64,000 bases of DNA, from positions 172,176,001 through 172,240,000 of the forward strand of contig CM059425.1 in NCBI GenBank assembly GCA_030390025.1, in the 5' to 3' direction. Shown here in pieces: positions 63,330 through 64,000 of the stretch. The position numbers and the translations under genes are program-made. Every line of letters begins with the position of its first letter. Position 1 is the first letter of the stretch. The notes under the pieces are model-generated. The model ran no database searches. It was not told the origin of the DNA and saw only the letters and a list, made by a program, of their open reading frames with translations. The stretch is from Squalus acanthias. Its lineage: Eukaryota.

Positions 63330-64000
63330 TTCTCGCTCCTCAGGTACAGTCTCCCTCTCCTTCAAATCTGCCATCATCACCTCTCTCAAAAAAACAACCC
63401 TTGATCCCTCCGTCCTTGCAAACTACCGCCCTATCTCCAACCTCCCTTTCCTCTCCAAAGTCCTTGAACGTGTTGTCACCTCCCAAATCCATGCCCATCT
63501 TTCCCGCAATTCCATGTTTGAATCCTTCCAATCAGGTTTCCGCCCTTGTCACAGTACCGAAACGGCTCTCATCAAAGTCACAAATGGCATCCTTTGTGAC
63601 TGACAAAGGTAAAATATCCCTCCTCGCCCTTATTGACTTGTCTGCAGCTTTTGACACGGTTGACCACTCCATCCTTCTCCAACGCCTCTCCACCGTCGTC
63701 CAGCTGGGTGGGACTGCACTCGCCTGGTTCCATTCTTATCTATCTAATTGTAGCCAGAGAATCACCTGCAACGGCTTCTCTTCCCGCTCCCGCATTGTTA
63801 CCTCTGGTGTCCCCCAAGGATCTATCCTTGGCCCCCTCCTATTTCTCATCTACATGTTGCCCCTTGGCGACATCATCCGAAAACACAGCGTCAGTTTCCA
63901 CATGTATGCTGACGACACCCAGCTTTAACCCTAACCCTCACTACCACTTCTCTCAACCCCTCCACGGTCTCTAAATTGTCAGACTACTTGTCTGACATAA
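63330..64000 (+). mobile_element. L2 LINE RT region, running off the window
   Basis: NYRPISNLPFLSKVLE, QSGFRPCHSTETAL, DLSAAFDTVDH, GVPQGSILGP and HMYADDTQL. Confidence 0.95.

Noticed and set aside
62106..63928. Long ORFs of 368-568 aa rich in E/R/G/K or S/L/P/F
   Set aside because: Artefacts of the stop-free GA minisatellite running into L2 RT sequence; open in several frames and on both strands.

Overview
Vertebrate genomic DNA, most likely from a shark or other cartilaginous fish. This is inferred from the HE1/V-SINE, DeuSINE-type SINE, CR1 and L2 repertoire; the species cannot be determined from the sequence alone. The whole window lies inside the FER non-receptor tyrosine kinase gene (+ strand). 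Five coding exons (9551-9688, 10441-10560, 11523-11645, 18052-18241, 60390-60482) cover the end of the F-BAR region, the FX region and the linker before SH2. A 42-kb intron lies at the position of the mammalian intron from which the short FerT isoform is transcribed. The rest is a dense, nested transposon landscape: CR1, L2, a third CR1/L2-group LINE, an RTE, a Penelope-like (GIY-YIG) element, SINEs, a decayed Harbinger transposase, and Harbinger-, hAT- and pogo-like MITEs. The most notable signal is a minimal hammerhead ribozyme in the Penelope 3' repeat, together with a family of short, often fold-back, TSD-flanked elements built from that same repeat. Other signals are a self-nested MITE, a 69-bp templated insertion at a SINE junction, a ~0.9-kb polypurine tandem array and a telomeric-type micro-insertion. 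No tRNA or rRNA genes, CRISPR arrays or prokaryotic systems are supported. Repeat boundaries are read by eye and are approximate unless a TSD or TIR is quoted.
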